Below are positions 38,892 to 47,521 of a stretch of DNA of 64,000 bases, in pieces. A program made the position numbers and the translations under genes. The stretch is from assembly GCA_964402785.1 (NCBI GenBank), contig CAYODQ010000003.1, positions 9,034 to 73,033 of the forward strand, in the 5' to 3' direction. Origin of the DNA: an uncultured Planctomycetia bacterium (lineage in GTDB: Bacteria; Omnitrophota; Gorgyraeia; 2-02-FULL-51-18). How positions within the stretch are numbered: the stretch's first letter is position 1; each line of letters begins with the position of its first letter. The notes beneath the pieces are model-generated. The model saw only the letters and a list, made by a program, of their open reading frames with translations, had not been told where the DNA came from and did no database searches.

Positions 38892-40568
38892 TTATTCTAA
38901 AGTGTGTTCGATTTCTTCGTTAAGAACCGTTGCCGCAAGTTCTTGCTCCAACCGCAAACCCAGATCTATTACATTTGAACCAACCTCAAGCGGAGTAGGA
39001 ACTTTTCCTCTTCGCTCAAATAATTTATGGACACATTCAGGTGAAATAACCATTGATACATAGTTCAATAGCCTTGTATCTAATTTAATCTTTCCTGACT
39101 TACTAGAATTTCGCTTTATAAAATCAGAGTGCTGTGTGTTTATTACTAAAGAATTACCTAGATTTATAACTCTGTCTGCTCCTGCATGATTTTGAAACTC
39201 AATCCGAGGACCCGTCGCTTGTATGGTCTGATCTTTTGATAGGCCTTCCCCCGATGACTTTGATTTTTGTTTATTTCCGCCGCCTTTTTCGTCATCACCT
39301 AGGCCGTTTTTGCCGCCAACCGCAACTTCACCGCCACTCCCCTGATTATTTGGGCCGGAGCCGCCACCTCCAATTTCATCTCCGCCAAATGGAATACTTC
39401 CAAGATCCTCCATAATTTTCTTTTCATACTCTCCGGGCATCGTTGATGGAGCCATTTGTTCGTATTGTAACTTAAAACCGCGCATTATTCTGGATAGGCA
39501 GTCTGACATTATGCTACTTAGCTTCCGAAATGACTCTTGAGTTTTCGAATCCATTACTTTGTCTATTAGGGTTTCAATATCCTTTTGAACCTCCAAGATA
39601 TTTTCATACAACAGATCACGAGCCGGAGAATCCTTTATATCATCCCTCGTAAGATTAGGTGAGCATATATCGTTAATTTCAATAGCACCAACAACAAACG
39701 GATTTGACCAGACCAATATGTCCCTTCCATACTCTCGAGCGTAATTTTTATAACTCTTAAGATCAGCGATACTTTGAATTCTTCTTTGTTTATTGGTTAG
39801 AACGGGAAGTCTATTCTCCTGCACTTTTTCAAGAACTCTCAAATCTATGTTAATTTTCTTTGTCTCATCAGGTAATGATAATGCTATTTCCTTTTTGTAA
39901 GGAGTCCCAGCATATGCGCCGTGGTTAAAGGCCTGGCACTCATATTTTTTTGGGCTGCCGTCGGAAACAAATATCTTTATGATTCCCGCCCTCAGAACAT
40001 CATCAAAATGACGTTCTATCTCGAATACCAGCGCTTTGAGAAATATAGTTTTTTTAAAAACTTGGGGATCGAACTTTGATATCGTGACTCTGGTTCCTGG
40101 CTTATCAAGCTGTTTTCCGTCTGTAATCTCACAAGGCACTTCCACATTCTCGTCAAATGATCTATCGATACGTATTCTGGCCTCATCTGTTCCCTTTTTC
40201 TTACTTATAAATATAGCTTCTTTGGCGAATGCCCTAAAAGCATGTACACCGAATCCAAACTGCCCATTAGCCCAAGGAACTGTCTTTTTCTTCGAGCGAC
40301 CTACCTCCGAAAGAAGCTCTCCCAACTCAGGAGGCGACATCCCGCCACAATTATCTGTAAATGATACTTTCTTACTGACTAGATCTACTTGGATTTCTAA
40401 AATTGGCTTAATTAATTGGCCTTTTTCCTTCCCAATGGATGCAGCATCTACCGCATTATCGATATATTCCATCGCTGCCCTAAAAAAGTCTTTGTAAGTT
40501 CCTGCAATCTGATTCAAGAGCTCGTGTTGGTCACGGATTTTGAGTTTGGTTTTTAAAGCAATTTTCAT
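38892..40568 (-). CDS. GHKL/Bergerat-fold ATPase, MORC/MutL-like (HATPase_c_3 type)
   Basis: N-box EYIDNAVDA, G1 DNCGGM, G2 GQFGFG. Long C-terminal region with a Gly-rich linker. Confidence 0.7.
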   Translation of the reverse strand: MKIALKTKLKIRDQHELLNQIAGTYKDFFRAAMEYIDNAVDAASIGKEKGQLIKPILEIQVDLVSKKVSFTDNCGGMSPPELGELLSEVGRSKKKTVPWANGQFGFGVHAFRAFAKEAIFISKKKGTDEARIRIDRSFDENVEVPCEITDGKQLDKPGTRVTISKFDPQVFKKTIFLKALVFEIERHFDDVLRAGIIKIFVSDGSPKKYECQAFNHGAYAGTPYKKEIALSLPDETKKINIDLRVLEKVQENRLPVLTNKQRRIQSIADLKSYKNYAREYGRDILVWSNPFVVGAIEINDICSPNLTRDDIKDSPARDLLYENILEVQKDIETLIDKVMDSKTQESFRKLSSIMSDCLSRIMRGFKLQYEQMAPSTMPGEYEKKIMEDLGSIPFGGDEIGGGGSGPNNQGSGGEVAVGGKNGLGDDEKGGGNKQKSKSSGEGLSKDQTIQATGPRIEFQNHAGADRVINLGNSLVINTQHSDFIKRNSSKSGKIKLDTRLLNYVSMVISPECVHKLFERRGKVPTPLEVGSNVIDLGLRLEQELAATVLNEEIEHTLE

Positions 40569-40577
40569 TGGATCCTC

Positions 40578-41909
40578 CTAGTTTCCTGCAAGTCGATATT
40601 TTGTCCCACTACCCTCTCCCACACGAACTATTTCCTTTGTGGAAATTAACATACCTAGCAAGCGATAAGTTTTTGGCGGCTTTATTCCGCATTCATATGA
40701 AATTTCAACCGAACTCAATGAGCCTGCCTTGCAAAGGCATTCTCTAATCTGATCTAGATTCTGCATTCTAACTATAAATGCCAATCGTCTTCTTTTTTCA
40801 AAAGCTAGCCTTGATACCTCTGGTAATTCTCTTTTTGGCCTAACAATATTTAATTCGCTCCTAAACGCATCAATCGAGCCCCATAGGCGGCGTATCCTCA
40901 TAGTAAGATACCGCCATCCACTTTTTCTTTGCATTTCAGTGGTTGATGGCACATGTCCAAGTTCTGCTTCGATATTCCTATGAAGCTCAATACACTCATT
41001 CTTTTGAGCATCCAACCTAATCTTTTCAAGTTCATCGTCGGTAATGCCATATGCAGTAAGCAGTTTCTTTAAATATGCGACTGAGATACGGTTTGATTTA
41101 GCAGCTTTACTCAGGCTCATGCCATCTGAATAGCTTTTTATAATCGCTTCTTTGGAAACAAATGGGTACTCATAGCCCGTGTATTTAAATAACCCAAGAC
41201 GCGTACCTTTGACCAAGATCTGCCTAATTCTCTCGCGCGTTAGATCCATAGTTTTGGCGACACTTTCGAGAGTGCCCTGTTGTTCATACAGGTAGAAACA
41301 TTCCTTGTAGAACTTTATCCGGTCTGCCCCAATAACCTGATTTTGAAGATTCTCAAGCGTTTTTGCTTTTGCCGGATATTTTTCTTTGAACTGACCAATT
41401 AGATCGGTCGGATTATTTGTTGATTGAATATTATTTTCGATTTTTGATATTATTTCATCGCTTAATTTCATTCCCAGCTTTAAATCTAATTGGTTAAGAA
41501 AAAATTGAATATCTCTCGCGCATTTTTTTCCTGCATTTTTTTGATTTAATATTCTTTGCTCAGTAAGGCGCACTAAATCTTTAATCGAAACAACCTTGAG
41601 CTTATCAAGACAGTTTCTGACTCTAACGGAAAATAATACTTGGGATACTGGAATTGATAACACTGTCTTCTGATAATCCAGGCTCTCCAATGCGTCGGAG
41701 GCATTCTTTTTATGTATCAGATCTATCGACTTTTTTGGTTTATACTCTTTACAAAATTGACGAATTTCTAATACTGTTTTTTTACCTAAATTTTTTATTG
41801 AATACAGCTTCCTCTCACTCAGACCAAGGCATTCCTCGACTGTTTTGTACCCCGCCGATCTTAGCGCGTTCATAGCACGAACTGACAGATTTGTGCTTCG
41901 AATATCCAT
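40578..41909 (-). CDS. Multi-HTH DNA-binding protein: two RpoA alpha-CTD-like HhH modules + sigma-70 region-4-like HTH + C-terminal wHTH
   Basis: LSVRAMNALRSAGYKTVEEC and VRVRNCLDKLKVVSIKDL (alpha-CTD-like). VAKTMDLTRERIRQILVKG (sigma region-4-like). Confidence 0.5.
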   Translation of the reverse strand: MDIRSTNLSVRAMNALRSAGYKTVEECLGLSERKLYSIKNLGKKTVLEIRQFCKEYKPKKSIDLIHKKNASDALESLDYQKTVLSIPVSQVLFSVRVRNCLDKLKVVSIKDLVRLTEQRILNQKNAGKKCARDIQFFLNQLDLKLGMKLSDEIISKIENNIQSTNNPTDLIGQFKEKYPAKAKTLENLQNQVIGADRIKFYKECFYLYEQQGTLESVAKTMDLTRERIRQILVKGTRLGLFKYTGYEYPFVSKEAIIKSYSDGMSLSKAAKSNRISVAYLKKLLTAYGITDDELEKIRLDAQKNECIELHRNIEAELGHVPSTTEMQRKSGWRYLTMRIRRLWGSIDAFRSELNIVRPKRELPEVSRLAFEKRRRLAFIVRMQNLDQIRECLCKAGSLSSVEISYECGIKPPKTYRLLGMLISTKEIVRVGEGSGTKYRLAGN

Positions 41910-41919
41910 GAGTGCCTAT

Positions 41920-42132
41920 CTAAAGTTTAAAGTGCTTCCGGATCGAAAAGTGAAATTTGGACTTCGTTTCCCTTAGCATTTTTTCTATAGTGGAAAATAT
42001 TTTGTTTATCTCTTCTTCGGTATATTCGTAGGCACTACGGTTGCTACAGTTACCAAGCACCCTTAATTTGTGCATGACAGCATTGGTTCGCTGCTCCGCC
42101 AAGCGTTTAAATCTCTCTCTCTTTGTATTCAT
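41920..42132 (-). CDS. Small (70-aa) protein, paralogue of 42437..42682
   Basis: RFKRLAEQRTNAVMHKLRVLGNCSNRSAYEYTEEEINKI matches KFKRLVEPRVDSTLKKIKIIGNLSSSGYDYTAEQVDKV in the paralogue. Confidence 0.5.
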   Translation of the reverse strand: MNTKRERFKRLAEQRTNAVMHKLRVLGNCSNRSAYEYTEEEINKIFSTIEKMLRETKSKFHFSIRKHFKL

Positions 42133-42436
42133 CCTTAAATAATCTCCTCTAATGTAATAGGAATAACGTATTATACCAATAATATCTAATTACACAATAT
42201 GAATATTATTTTGTACCTCGAACCCATGGCCGTATTAATATGAAAGGATAATCGCCAATGGAGGCGAATATAGTCCAAGAAATTGAGACATTACAACAGG
42301 CGACATTGAAACGCCGACCGGAGGGCAGCGCCCATACCGCACCTCGTTCAAATGAGCAAAATGGGGCTCTTTAACGCAATAAAAAACCACGTCATTCGGC
42401 GTGATTCCATACCGAACGCCGTCCCACCGGGAAGCA

Positions 42437-42682
42437 TCAGAGGCGAAACTTCCCCTCGTCATTGAAGCCTTTTCGGTTTAGGCCTTTTTGGAATTTCTTC
42501 TCGACCTCGTCCACGGCAGACCTGAGGGAGGTGATAACTTTGTCGACTTGTTCGGCGGTGTAGTCGTAGCCGCTGCTGGAGAGGTTGCCGATGATCTTGA
42601 TCTTTTTGAGGGTGCTATCGACGCGGGGCTCGACGAGGCGTTTGAATTTGTCCGCTTTGGATTCTTGCTGATCATCGCCCAT
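42437..42682 (-). CDS. Small (81-aa) protein, paralogue of 41920..42132
   Basis: See the paralogue entry. Confidence 0.5.
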   Translation of the reverse strand: MGDDQQESKADKFKRLVEPRVDSTLKKIKIIGNLSSSGYDYTAEQVDKVITSLRSAVDEVEKKFQKGLNRKGFNDEGKFRL

Positions 42683-42900
42683 AGGTACCTCCCGGATATT
42701 GGACTCAGTTTACCACTATCGGCGCACAAGGAGAATGGGCATTTCGGAGGGGGTTCTCGCCAGGACTGGCACGTAGATAGTGAATCCGTCGTAGTGCGAA
42801 TAGGCCATTACAGCCTTAGTTAACCGATATGCAAAATACACCTACAAAAGTGAACGAAAATGAGGGGGGTCGGTGTCTTGTATAGCAAGGAGGGCTGTTT

Positions 42901-43434
42901 ATGCCAAAATCTGTTCATGTTTTTGAGAAAATCGAGAGAAGGATCTGCATTGTTAGGGGCAGGAACGTCATGTTAGATAAAGACTTAGCGATTCTGTATG
43001 AGGTGTCGACCAAAGCGCTGAATCAAGCGGTAAGACGAAACTTAGAAAGATTTCCTGAAGACTTTATGTTCCGCCTCACCAATGAGGAGACACAAAATTG
43101 GAGGTCACAATTTGTGACCTCCAATTCGCCAATGCTGATGAGCTTGAGGCGGAACCCCTACGCATTTACTGAGAATGGTGTCGCCATGCTATCCAGTGTG
43201 CTTAAAAGCAAGCGGGCAATACAGGTCAACATTCACATCATGAGAGCCTTTACCCGACTAAGGCAGATCTTAGCGTCTAATGATCTAATACGCCAAAAAA
43301 TCGAAGAACTCGAAAAGAAATACGATAAACATGATGATCAGTTCAAAGTAGTATTTGAAGCTATTCGCAAACTATTAGAAGAGCCCAGAAAAAATCCACC
43401 TAAAAAATCTATTGGGTTTCATGAGAAGTATTAG
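42901..43434 (+). CDS. ORF6N-domain protein (phage-derived DNA-binding)
   Basis: LDKDLAILYEVSTKALNQAVRRNLERFPEDFMFRLT...RSQFVTS...PYAFTENGVAMLSSVL conserved blocks. AGGAGG RBS upstream. Confidence 0.75.
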   Translation: MPKSVHVFEKIERRICIVRGRNVMLDKDLAILYEVSTKALNQAVRRNLERFPEDFMFRLTNEETQNWRSQFVTSNSPMLMSLRRNPYAFTENGVAMLSSVLKSKRAIQVNIHIMRAFTRLRQILASNDLIRQKIEELEKKYDKHDDQFKVVFEAIRKLLEEPRKNPPKKSIGFHEKY

Positions 43435-43644
43435 GACGCACCTTCGTGATATTTGTATCTCATTATAATCACTAAGGTTGCAATCTTGAGGTCACAAATT
43501 GTGACCTCAAACAGGGTTATCTTTTCGCTAGTTTACTTCGTGTCTCGTAGTAAGCATCTGGCGTATTCGAGGAAGTCTTCTCGGAGGGACGCTGGCGACC
43601 CGGAGCGGCCAGAGATGACTTCCTCGAATGCGCCTCGTGCTTAT

Positions 43645-44397
43645 TTATCCGACGATAGCGAAGTCCGCTCGGACGACGGCGTTCACTTTCTTCTCAAGAG
43701 ACGAGGTGTCATTGGTCCCCCAGTCGGAGACATCGTAGGAGTTGACTGGCGTGATCTGGAACACACCCATGCGCGCGGAGCGGATGGCACCTATTTTATT
43801 GCCGCTGGAAGATGCAATTTCTTCAGCGCGTTTTTTGGCGTCTTTGGTGGCTTCTCTTAGCATTTCGATCTTAAGCTCAGCCAGTTTGGTGTAGAAATAC
43901 TGCGGTGCGTCAGATACAAGCTCAATGCCGCGAGTGATAAGCTCCGTCGACTCGCGAGAGACGTCAGTGACTTTGTCCACATCGGCCGATTGCACTTCTA
44001 TGGGCTGGGTGAGGATATAAGCCTCTATCTCGTTGGTGTCGTTGCCTTTTTCATTTTTCTTGTACAGTGTGGTGGTCTGGGTCTGAGCGACGGTGATCTC
44101 GTCTTCCTTCACACCCTTGGAAAGAAGATACTCTTTGACGGCCTTCAAGTCCGCTTGGATCAGGGCAAAAGTTTCCGGCAGAGTCGCTGAGCGCTTGGAG
44201 AAGCTCATGCGCCACACGGTGAAGTCGGAGTTTATTTTCTTCTCAGCAGAACCCGTGACACTCACGACTTCTTTGGAGAATCGCATGGCACCTGTCACGG
44301 CTTTGGACAGGATCACGGTGGACACGATGGTGGCGATGGCGATACACACACCCAACACGACGATCTGTGAATTTCTAAAAAATCCCTGGCCTTCCAT
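43645..44397 (-). CDS. SIMPL/DUF541-domain protein (YggE-like)
   Basis: N-terminal TM helix followed by the SIMPL pattern. Confidence 0.6.
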   Translation of the reverse strand: MEGQGFFRNSQIVVLGVCIAIATIVSTVILSKAVTGAMRFSKEVVSVTGSAEKKINSDFTVWRMSFSKRSATLPETFALIQADLKAVKEYLLSKGVKEDEITVAQTQTTTLYKKNEKGNDTNEIEAYILTQPIEVQSADVDKVTDVSRESTELITRGIELVSDAPQYFYTKLAELKIEMLREATKDAKKRAEEIASSSGNKIGAIRSARMGVFQITPVNSYDVSDWGTNDTSSLEKKVNAVVRADFAIVG

Positions 44398-44407
44398 ACT
44401 TCTCCTC

Positions 44408-45538
44408 CTATCGTTTGAATAGATCCAAATACTCGGTGAATGCGAACATCCTGTTTCGCTTATAACCTGTGACTTCTCTTAAAATTTCATGACGGACGAA
44501 CTCCGCCAAAAGCGTATTCACGGCTGGGTGCGTGAGCCCTATCGCTTTGCACACCTCCTTGGCGTTGACGATCGGATTGGAGAAAAGATGTTTCAAAAGC
44601 TCCTTACCGGATTTGGTGCGCTTACCCAGCGTCATGATGCGGTCTTCGGCGCGATGACGCAAAGCTATGATCTTCTCGAAAGTGGTTTTGCCTTTGAGCG
44701 CTGTCTCGGAGACGCCGTTTAAAAAAAACTTGAGCCAATGATCCATCTCATCGGAGGTTCTCACAACCGTCAGCGCATCGTAATACGCGCCTTTATTCCT
44801 CTCAAAAAAATCTGAGAGATACAAAGTCGGTTTTTTGAGTATCCCCTGCGCCACCAAATACAACGTAATGAGAAGGCGCCCGATGCGGCCGTTGCCGTCC
44901 TGAAACGGATGGATGGTCTCGAATTGATAGTGACTGATCGCTATCCGGATAAGGTGCGGCATATGGATCTGGCGGTTGTGCCAAAATCTTTCCAGATCAC
45001 CCATGAGCTCAGGCACTTCACTTGCATGCGGCGGGATAAAAAATGCGTCACTTGGCCCGGAGCCTCCTATCCAATTTTGTCCGGTGCGGATCTCTCCAGG
45101 GGTTTTGTGCTGGCCGCGGGCATTCGACATAAGTGTTTTGTGAGTTTCTTTTAGCATGCGGCTTGATAACGGCAGGCTCTCGAGCTGACCGATAGCACTG
45201 TTCATCGCGAGCGTATAATTTTGTACTTCTTGCCAATCATCATGCCGCTCGGGATTTACTTCTTCTTTGGGCAAGAGCGCATCATCCATCTCGGTTTTGG
45301 TGCCCTCGATGCGGCTGGATGCTGTGGCTTCTTTAAAAACGTGCATACGGATAAAAAAATCCACGTCGGGGACCAGAGTGGAGTAAGCATTTAATTCGCC
45401 CAGGTTTCTGTTGGCTTCTTCCAAAAGAAGGTCGATCGCTGGGTCCTGCCATTTGTATCCAATATCAATGGGATAGGGCGAGAAGCACTTGTACTGGTAC
45501 TGCTGTTTGAAAACTCCTGCTTTGAATTTCTTTTCCAT
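44408..45538 (-). CDS. Fic-family protein (AMPylator-like) with C-terminal wHTH
   Basis: HPFQDGNGRIGR Fic motif. Confidence 0.85.
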   Translation of the reverse strand: MEKKFKAGVFKQQYQYKCFSPYPIDIGYKWQDPAIDLLLEEANRNLGELNAYSTLVPDVDFFIRMHVFKEATASSRIEGTKTEMDDALLPKEEVNPERHDDWQEVQNYTLAMNSAIGQLESLPLSSRMLKETHKTLMSNARGQHKTPGEIRTGQNWIGGSGPSDAFFIPPHASEVPELMGDLERFWHNRQIHMPHLIRIAISHYQFETIHPFQDGNGRIGRLLITLYLVAQGILKKPTLYLSDFFERNKGAYYDALTVVRTSDEMDHWLKFFLNGVSETALKGKTTFEKIIALRHRAEDRIMTLGKRTKSGKELLKHLFSNPIVNAKEVCKAIGLTHPAVNTLLAEFVRHEILREVTGYKRNRMFAFTEYLDLFKR

Positions 45539-45684
45539 GACCTTACATTTGATTGTGGGTATTTATGTTTAGTGATTCAATCTTACATATAGAATATTAT
45601 ATGTAATATTAAGGCTAATATCAATGATATTTATAAGATTTTATTCGATTAACATAGAGTAAGTAGACTGGGATTCAATATGAA

Positions 45685-46194
45685 TTGCGGTATAATGCAC
45701 GGATGAAACGCTATTTATCTTTTATGGTCATGATCTTCGTTTTATCCGGATGCGGCTCTGGGCTGAGCTCAGACCAGAAGGCTTTGCTTTCGGATATCGC
45801 TCAAGATATAGAAAGTATTCGCTCAGATTTTGCGGAGATCGAGAATTTCCGAGCGGACATGGCGCTGGCGGGTGACCGCAACTTTTTTAGTTATCTGCGC
45901 AAAGAAAACAAAGAGGCGCTGATCATGAATTCAAGCGTGTATTGGTTCAAAGTATCCTTGACCAATAAAGCCGTGGACATGATGGACTCACCTCAACCGG
46001 TGCTCTCGGTCGAATTTCCAGAGACCAAAAAACACCTGCACTTGCGCGTGCGAGGCCGCGATCAAAAGCTGACAACGACTCTCGCCCAGATCGTACTCAG
46101 AAACGGAGAGGCTGCGGGCGGCATCCAACGTCTCTATAAGCCGGAAAATGCTGTGGAGCAGCTTTCCCGCGCCCGCAAAGGCCGTCTCCGATAA
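45685..46194 (+). CDS. Lipoprotein, unknown function
   Basis: Lipobox VLSGC. Confidence 0.5.
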   Translation: MRYNARMKRYLSFMVMIFVLSGCGSGLSSDQKALLSDIAQDIESIRSDFAEIENFRADMALAGDRNFFSYLRKENKEALIMNSSVYWFKVSLTNKAVDMMDSPQPVLSVEFPETKKHLHLRVRGRDQKLTTTLAQIVLRNGEAAGGIQRLYKPENAVEQLSRARKGRLR

Positions 46195-46216
46195 ATTAGA
46201 CCGATTAAACCAAAAT

Positions 46217-47512
46217 TTATTTGAGCTTGGAGTGAGTCCCGTCACAAAAAGGTTTATTGGCGGACTCTTTGCAACCGCACCAGGCCACTTTTTTGTCGGC
46301 GTCGATCTTGGTGCGCATCGGCGTCTTGCCGGTATTGAGCCTGGCATGGGCGCCGTCACAAAATGGCTGCTTGGCGGACTCGCCACATGAGCACCAGGCA
46401 TAGTCCCCGGCTTTCATATCCATCACAAAAGGTTTGTTTTGTTTCGTGCTCATGGTCGTCTCTCCTTGGGTTTTATTACTTTTGACCTGGCCTATCAGCG
46501 GCTTGACCATATCGATACACCGCTCGACCAAACCGTGAACATCATTCTTCAGATCCTCGCTCTCGAGAACCGTTTTAATATTGGTTTCCATATCTTCCGC
46601 AGCCCATCCTCGGCTATACCCCACAAATGAGTGCGACGGAAAAATGAATCCGATCTCCGTAAAGAAAGTCATCATCTGTCCGGCGACAGCTTGAATATTG
46701 TCCTGCCCTCCGGTGATGAGAAAACCCGCGACTTTGTTGTGGATGAGTGTGTTGTTGGCGATCGTCTCCTGATTCTGAATACAATTCATACGCTCGACCA
46801 TCTTGTAATACAGCGAGCTCGCCGCACCCCAGCGTATCGGCGTCGACACCAAGACCACATCCGCCCAGAACACCAGAGCTTCGTACACCCGATCCAATTC
46901 ATCCGTGGCATCCATCTGAGTGATGGTGCAAGGCCATGTGCAAGCCTCGGCACTGCGAGAATAATAGCCTTCACATGCGCGAAACTTAAGATCATTGAGC
47001 TTGATGAGTTTGGTCTCAGCGCCTGACTGTTGCGCTTTTTTGAGTGCTTCTTCCAGGACAGCGTCGGAGGTCGAGATGCGCGGGTTATTTTTATTCATCA
47101 CCGTCGTTGAAATACCCACGACACGCACAGGACCCGGAGCGCGCTCGATCTTACGAGTAAGGGGATGTGCTTTGTGCTCGGCGTGTTTATCCTGGGTCAC
47201 CGGTGCCGGATCGATAAAAAGCTCGCCGTTTTCTTCTTTGAGCGCAAAGCTTGCCACCTGCGCTGGTATGCCGGGGCGCGCCTTGCCGGACTGACAATCA
47301 AACATCCACTGATGCCAGGGACAGACGATGTAACCGTCTTTATCGATCGTACCTTGTCCTAGCGGCCCGCCGATGTGCAGGCATGTGCCGGACACGGCCC
47401 CAAATTTGCCATCGCGATAAGAAAGCGCTATCGTTTTGCCCTGCACGCTGACTTCTTGGAGTTCTTTTTTCTTAAGTTCTGAAACTTTTCCCAACGAGAC
47501 CCAAGCGGACAT
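46217..47512 (-). CDS. Tri-domain redox protein: Rieske [2Fe-2S] + NADPH-dependent FMN reductase/flavodoxin-like + 2x CDGSH iron-sulfur domains
   Basis: Rieske CLH...CPWH. Flavodoxin-like VRVVGISTT...STPIRWG. Two C-terminal CDGSH motifs (CSCGESAKQPFCDGAH; CGCKESANKPFCDGTH). Confidence 0.75.
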   Translation of the reverse strand: MSAWVSLGKVSELKKKELQEVSVQGKTIALSYRDGKFGAVSGTCLHIGGPLGQGTIDKDGYIVCPWHQWMFDCQSGKARPGIPAQVASFALKEENGELFIDPAPVTQDKHAEHKAHPLTRKIERAPGPVRVVGISTTVMNKNNPRISTSDAVLEEALKKAQQSGAETKLIKLNDLKFRACEGYYSRSAEACTWPCTITQMDATDELDRVYEALVFWADVVLVSTPIRWGAASSLYYKMVERMNCIQNQETIANNTLIHNKVAGFLITGGQDNIQAVAGQMMTFFTEIGFIFPSHSFVGYSRGWAAEDMETNIKTVLESEDLKNDVHGLVERCIDMVKPLIGQVKSNKTQGETTMSTKQNKPFVMDMKAGDYAWCSCGESAKQPFCDGAHARLNTGKTPMRTKIDADKKVAWCGCKESANKPFCDGTHSKLK

Positions 47513-47521
47513 AAAACCTCT

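Noticed and set aside
42241-42440. Possible 5S rRNA
   Set aside because: Only short loop-C-like motifs (CCATACCGAAC) are present. There is no helix I termini pair, and the order and length are wrong. Kept only as a curiosity.
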